Below are positions 18,001 through 21,763 of a DNA stretch of 21,763 bases, one piece after another. The DNA is from Calditrichaceae bacterium. Lineage in GTDB: Bacteria > Calditrichota > Calditrichia > Calditrichales > JBFXGD01. The stretch lies in contig JBFXGD010000050.1 in NCBI GenBank assembly GCA_050178385.1, positions 1 to 21,763 of the forward strand, read 5' to 3'. Position numbers and translations under genes: made by a program. The notes beneath the pieces are model-generated. The model saw only the letters and a program-made list of their open reading frames with translations, had not been told where the DNA came from and ran no database searches. Position 1 is the first letter of the stretch. Each line of letters opens with the position of its first letter.

Positions 18001-19535
18001 AGACGGCTGCCGCGGCGCGCGATAAGATTGTCATTAACCTTGTCCCAGTTCAGGCGTTGTTGAAGCGCCCGAAGCGGGGAATCGGCATACTGACCGGAGA
18101 GCATGTCAAGCACCCGGTTAAACGCGTTCTCTGTCAGATGGCGATAACAGTAACTGCTTGTCATCTGCCGGTATAGTTCGTGGCGCGGCCATTCCCGCAT
18201 GGAAACTTCGGCGGTGATTTGTTGTGCCAGAACGTCCAGCGCGTTTTCAGGAATGACGGTCTCTTCGATGGCCCCGGCGGCAGTGTTATATGCCATCGCT
18301 ACGGCGTCATCAATATCTGAGGGGTACAATGGAATGATCCGGCCTTTACTCGTGGCGTGAAGCAGATGTCCGCTCCTGCCAACTCGCTGTAAAGCCGTGG
18401 AAACGCTTTTTGGAGCTTCAAGCTGAATTACAAGATCGATACTACCAATATCGATTCCCAGTTCAAGCGAAGCGGTCGCGATGACCGCGGGGATCTGGCC
18501 GGCTTTTAAATCGCTTTCAATTTTATAGCGCTCTTCCCTGGAGATACTGCCATGATGCGCAAGAGCGATCACCGCGTCGGGATTGCCGGTCTCGTTCCGG
18601 TAGCGGTCGTTCAACTGCCGGGCGATTTTTTCCGTCTGCGCTCTCATATTGGCGAAAATCAAGGTGGTTCTGTGACGGCGGATCAAATCATACAAAGTAT
18701 TATAAACATCATGCCATACGGTAGCATCCGGCAAATCTCCAAATGATTCGACAGGAGATAAAACCCTGATATCCATGTCCTTTCTCAAGCCGCAATCTAT
18801 GATCTCTACCGGTCTTGGTTCGGGATGATTTTTCAGGAGAGCCGATTCTCTTCCGCCGAGAAATGCGGCAATCCGTTCGAGCGGTTTTTGGGTCGCCGAA
18901 AGACCGATCCGTATCGGGCTGGTCTCACAAAGGGCGTTCAGCCGCTCAAGTGAAAGGCTGAGGTGTACACCACGTTTGCTGCCGCTCAGATTGTGAATTT
19001 CATCGACGATTATGTACTTCAATCTTCTAAAGAGCATTCTCCCGCGGTCACTGGTAAGCAGAAGATACAGTGATTCAGGCGTGGTGATCAGAATATGCGG
19101 CGGCCGTTTAAGCATGGACTGACGCACATTGGCAGGTGTATCTCCGGTGCGTACCGCGGCGCGGATTTTTGGCGCCGTTATTCCCGCTTTGGCCGCATAT
19201 TTCGCGATACCTTGAAGAGGCGCCTGAAGATTCCGTTCGATATCATTATTCAGCGCTTTTAACGGAGAAATATAAAGCGTATGCACGCCACCGGGATTGG
19301 ATGAAAAAATTTCAGGGTCGGACTGGAGAGACAGACGAAACAGATGATCGATGCACCAGAGAAAAGCGGCAAGAGTTTTACCGGATCCCGTGGGCGCGAA
19401 GATAAGTGTATGTTTTCCTGACGCGATGACCGGCCACCCTTTGATCTGGGGTGGACTGGGTTTGGAAAAGGTATCATTAAACCAGGATGTAACGACCGGA
19501 TGAAACCCGGATTTTTCAAAAATTGATTTAGTCAT
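15036..19535 (-). CDS. lhr: Lhr-family SF2 DEAD/DEAH helicase, long form with C-terminal winged-helix/AlkZ-like region
   Basis: Helicase motifs are APTGSGKT, SPLKALNNDI, RTGDT, TTPESL, DEIH, GLSAT, HHGS, SLELGIDIG and QRVGRSGH. The C-terminus has LLRRYGI...GEIRRGYF...GVQFA, characteristic of long Lhr. Confidence 0.93.
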   Translation of the reverse strand: MTKSIFEKSGFHPVVTSWFNDTFSKPSPPQIKGWPVIASGKHTLIFAPTGSGKTLAAFLWCIDHLFRLSLQSDPEIFSSNPGGVHTLYISPLKALNNDIERNLQAPLQGIAKYAAKAGITAPKIRAAVRTGDTPANVRQSMLKRPPHILITTPESLYLLLTSDRGRMLFRRLKYIIVDEIHNLSGSKRGVHLSLSLERLNALCETSPIRIGLSATQKPLERIAAFLGGRESALLKNHPEPRPVEIIDCGLRKDMDIRVLSPVESFGDLPDATVWHDVYNTLYDLIRRHRTTLIFANMRAQTEKIARQLNDRYRNETGNPDAVIALAHHGSISREERYKIESDLKAGQIPAVIATASLELGIDIGSIDLVIQLEAPKSVSTALQRVGRSGHLLHATSKGRIIPLYPSDIDDAVAMAYNTAAGAIEETVIPENALDVLAQQITAEVSMREWPRHELYRQMTSSYCYRHLTENAFNRVLDMLSGQYADSPLRALQQRLNWDKVNDNLIARRGSRLTAVMNGGTIPDRGYYGVYLDGENVKLGEMEEEFVFESRVGDIFFLGNNEWQINEIRQDRMIVSPRSDIKPRAPFWKGDILYRGYSTSLQIAAFRSELTEKIEHHTAETWLENECHADPFTTKNLLQYYQKQKEHSAVIATDKTFVLEWFADASGEPLMMLHAPLGARVNGAWAIALSTAIERTANLQAQYTYDDDNILIRLLDTEEAPDFEALFRLTAEDIEELLVSSLIDTHIFSIRFRYNAARALLLPRSRPGTRIPLWLQRLRASDLLQTVRKYPDFPIIAETYRDCLNDVFDLDSLKQVIGQIRDGSIRIRYVNTPYPSPMASGILFKFLSDNIYESDRSRQAGKPDASAGELLNEILNNEKIPSVVSRTIVEQAERRWQHLDLAFQAHDREALYSIIEKLGPVSSEELAKRAADGFQDWIDDLNSENRIFLLKGNPGGWIATSDKKLYSNPGKNGHLRKRIQKLMRIRGPVTEDEILLTISFSDKEVLEILDRLHKEKELVRGKLIAGENQDYWCDRQNFAELYRTTIGGRRRSASPVPTELFFPFSLAWHRIDKPGQSVADILNHYQGYHFPLNFFEQEILYSRFCPSNPSSLGEPIEKLYGFIHNGEIILRIIRGAETGRRMIQFIPRSGGNLFYEREFLTANNEKLTDQARIILSFLRENGASLFRDMEAGADLAYSDLTEALSVLVNRGLISCDDPDALYGILKSGQNSERSSQLPEAPPWARSQRRPRLNRSAIKKMVSGQIQLKKGRWFTLDSFAVLGKNIDDPLRAERQARMLLRRYGILVKEWYRREAGLVPWYRIFQVLKRLEWQGEIRRGYFIKGLSGVQFALPEALDLLEKIQAQPLEDNSSAISISATDPSMPLGGAVSWNILNKNGNSIPVTRQASNHLIFLNGRVIAYTEQYGDRIHTTANFSPDLSEALCDVIKNWLKLPAALTSRQRMEISLIDGKAAVKSLVAQIFIKKGFEINGDKLVLWPSAL

Positions 19536-19540
19536 GGAAA

Positions 19541-19569
19541 AACATATCAGAATAAAGGGATTTTGTCAA
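19541..19569 (-). promoter_or_regulatory. Sigma70-type promoter of lhr (-35 TTGACA, 17 bp, extended -10 TGaTATGTT)
   Basis: The minus strand reads TTGACA (19569-19564), a 17-nt spacer, then TATGTT (19546-19541), ending 5 nt before the lhr ATG. Confidence 0.7.
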
Positions 19570-19574
19570 GGAGG

Positions 19575-20445
19575 AAAGAGGAAGTAGGAAGGTTAAGATA
19601 AAAGATAAAAGAAAAAAGAAAAAAGAGTTAAGATTTCCAGGCTGGTCATCCTGGAGGGATCTTCTGCTTGCTTGGGAGAAGAAAAGTAGGAAGTGAGAAG
19701 TAGGAATTTTAAGAAAAAAGAAAAAAGATAAAAGATAAGAAGTGGTCTGAACTGTGATGAAAATGATTAAATGATGAGTATGATTAAAACAATAAATTCC
19801 GCTGACCCCCATAGGTCATCCTGGAAGGATCTTTGGCTACCTTGGAAGGATTTAGAAAAAAAGATTCTTCGGGGCGAATATTCTGTTCCCGAAGTATGAT
19901 GTTATTTTCCCTTGATGGAAAAGAACCAAAAGATCAAGGCTGTCCAAAGAAAGTAAGAAGTAGGAAGTTGGAAGTAAGAATTTAAGAGCATTAAGAGAAA
20001 AGGGTTAAGGGTAGGGACTGACCGAATGCTGTCAACAGTGAAAAAGAAATTCGTCGGCAATCCCAATCCCGAAGGGATGAAATTTTTATAGAAAAACGGA
20101 TCCCGCAACATCCCATCCCGCGACCCCGTCGGGGTCGAACAATTTCACCGGGATTAAAATGATTAAATGATTCGGATGATTAAGAAATGGGAGTTCAGAG
20201 TCATCATTTAATCAGGCGAATCAGAGTTCAGACGAAGGAGTGGGAAGTAAGAAGTCTAAGAAAAAAGATTTCAGAGTCAGAATAGAATTGCGGACAAACC
20301 AGAAGATTCCTACGGAATGACAAATTGCGGATAGTTGCCTTTAAATGGCAGTCCCCCGCACAGGTCATCCAGGAGGGATCTTCTGCTTTCTTGGGAAAAG
20401 AAGTAAGAAGTAAAGAGCGTTAAGAGTGTAAGAGTTAAGAGTTGG
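19575..20445. repeat. Purine-skewed mosaic repeat tract: heptamer arrays, three ~38-bp dispersed repeats and multiple short hairpins
   Basis: GAAGT(A/T/G)(A/G) and AAAGA(T/A)A heptamer runs occur throughout. GGTCATCC(T/A)GGA(G/A)GGATCTT occurs at 19644, 19814 and 20363. Palindromes lie at 19867-19894, 20066-20078 and 20121-20137. Confidence 0.8.
19745..20233. mobile_element. MITE-like non-coding element bounded by 33-bp imperfect inverted repeats
   Basis: GTCTGAACTGTGAT-N5-TGATTAAATGATGA (19745-19777) is inverted at 20201-20233 (TCATCATTTAATCA-N5-ATCAGAGTTCAGAC), matching 27/33. There is no transposase and no clear target-site duplication. Confidence 0.45.
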
Positions 20446-20537
20446 GGAGCATTGCCCGGAAGTGTCATTTTTTATGTACAATAATCCGGCATTCCGGATG
20501 GCAGGGTGTTAAGGACTTATAATGTTAGGTTTTTACG

Positions 20538-20645
20538 TTATTGAATGATATAGCCGACAAAAATCTGAAATAGAAAGGCAATGGCTATCACCGTTAGGGT
20601 CAGCACTAAAAATTTAAAAGAGTCCAGTTTCTTTCCGCGTTTCAT
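20538..20645 (-). CDS. Small single-pass membrane peptide (35 aa, MKRGKKLDSFKFLVLTLTVIAIAFLFQIFVGYIIQ)
   Basis: A GGAG SD lies 6 nt upstream of ATG 20645. The peptide has a basic N-terminus followed by a ~22-aa hydrophobic helix. Confidence 0.5.
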   Translation of the reverse strand: MKRGKKLDSFKFLVLTLTVIAIAFLFQIFVGYIIQ

Positions 20646-21132
20646 AATTAACTCCATTTCCGTACTGGTCATTTTTAATATTTGATGAGCATTTGTGCTT
20701 AATGGTACAAAACAGATCATGGCATTTATTATTTTATCAGAAACCGTATTAGTGAACGGAGCGATGTTTTGGCGATCTGAGATCAGTGAAGCATAAATAT
20801 TCAGCTGTGCTGCCGGCGGCGCTAAGGATTTAAATAGAAGGTAGTATAAGTTAATGATTTCACTATATTGCACTAAATTTTTTCGGAATGTATATTAAGT
20901 ACGTTATTCTTCGTGTCTCATGGAATATAATTCTTGTCAGGATGACATATCGTAGTGGATACTGAGTTTGGATAGAATCAATTGCTTAGCTCTGAATCGT
21001 AAAAACAGCCATTTGCGGCGCCTTTATCGTTCAATAAATAAAATTTATCATTACAATATTTTAGTAACAATCGAGAACTTATGGCATTACTGCAATTGTT
21101 AAATTCAATTAATATTATCACGGGGTAAAATT

Positions 21133-21289
21133 ATGGGAAAAATATTTTCTATACAGCAAAACGATGAAATGATCATCAGTGCCGTACCGGCGGAATTTTC
21201 GCTTCAGGGGAACTATCCCAACCCGTTTAACCCGGTCACTACCATCCGATGAAAAAAGATTTATTAAAAAGATGCTGCTGGCAAAGTAA
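21133..21289 (+). pseudogene. Internally deleted T9SS type-A C-terminal sorting domain relic
   Basis: 21133-21252 encodes ...VPAEFSLQGNYPNPFNPVTTIR* (CTD start). The +1 frame at 21251-21289 encodes EKRFIKKMLLAK* (CTD end). Confidence 0.7.
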
Positions 21290-21309
21290 GTTTTCGGAAA
21301 TAAGAACAG

Positions 21310-21372
21310 AATGTGACCGATAGTTCACAAAATGTGATGTATCGGTCACAAAATGAGAACGATCGTTCACAT
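21310..21372. promoter_or_regulatory. Three tandem TGTGA-N8-TCACA palindromes at exact 21-bp period (candidate enhancer/UAS)
   Basis: The three units are AATGTGACCGATAGTTCACAA, AATGTGATGTATCGGTCACAA and AATGAGAACGATCGTTCACAT. Confidence 0.75.
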
Positions 21373-21449
21373 TGGAATGAATGGACTATATTTCCGTTTT
21401 AGAGCATAATTTATTGTTTATAAAGAAAATAAGCCTTGTTAAATATTTT

Positions 21450-21465
21450 TGGCACGGAAAATGCA
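21450..21465 (+). promoter_or_regulatory. Sigma54 (-24/-12) promoter
   Basis: TGGCACGGAAAATGCA matches the consensus TGGCACGNNNNTTGCW with one mismatch. The GG-N10-GC spacing is exact (21451-52 / 21463-64). Confidence 0.75.
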
Positions 21466-21763
21466 TCATAAAAATTGAATAGTCGAAATCATGTTTTTAG
21501 ATACTTAAACTACTGTTTCTTCTGAAGAATTTGTTCAAATACATAAATAAAAATTAGTTAAAGCATAAAAAAACGCTGTGTAACTTCACTGAGAATAAAA
21601 TTTATGAACATGTTCATTTCTAACGAAATACAGTTTAAAACCACCTTAACATCGGAAAATATTCGACGGTACGAAAAAATGTTTCAATGAAAAGATTTCT
21701 TCGATGAAATTTAGAAAGATAACAATATAAATGTTTAAATAGGATGTATAGTCTATGATTAAA

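Noticed and set aside
15567..19519. Numerous short ORFs within lhr (and similar ones inside the kinases, GDPD and amn)
   Set aside because: They are shadow frames of well-supported genes and have no independent motifs.
19528..20111. ORFs 19528-19812(-) and 19902-20111(-)
   Set aside because: Their Phe/Leu/Ser-rich translations are artefacts of the pyrimidine-rich repeat strand.
19644..20400. CRISPR array (three ~38-bp partly palindromic repeats)
   Set aside because: Spacing is irregular and far too long (170 and 549 bp), intervening DNA is low-complexity, and there are no cas genes.
21312..21371. Canonical CRP/Rex operator
   Set aside because: The half-sites match but the spacer is 8 bp in all three copies, not 6.

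Overview
The first ~12.8 kb of this bacterial window is a co-oriented signalling cluster. It encodes a truncated SpoIIE/RsbU-type PP2C phosphatase, a tandem-ABM protein, an STAS anti-anti-sigma protein and three membrane-anchored Hanks-type Ser/Thr kinases with TPR-rich C-terminal domains. The lineage is probably FCB-related (e.g. Calditrichota/Ignavibacteria-like), inferred only from a T9SS-tail remnant and a short-form AMP nucleosidase. Each kinase gene is immediately followed by a small gene. Kinases 1 and 2 are paralogs followed by related cupredoxin-like beta-proteins. Kinase 3 is followed by a 99-aa NHLP/ComX-like precursor with a Pro-rich W-x-x-W-x-x-W tail and a two-DDxxD isoprenoid-synthase-fold enzyme lacking the RRG and KT motifs of chain-elongating synthases. 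The best candidate for an undescribed system is therefore a ComQ/ComX-like prenylated-peptide (RiPP) signal sensed by a Ser/Thr-TPR receptor kinase rather than a histidine kinase. The rest of the window holds a GDPD, amn, a long-form lhr (apparently leaderless), a ~1 kb repeat/MITE-like tract, a small membrane peptide, an internally deleted T9SS C-terminal-domain relic, and a sigma54 promoter with a triple palindromic enhancer. All calls come from reading motifs by eye; no searches were run.
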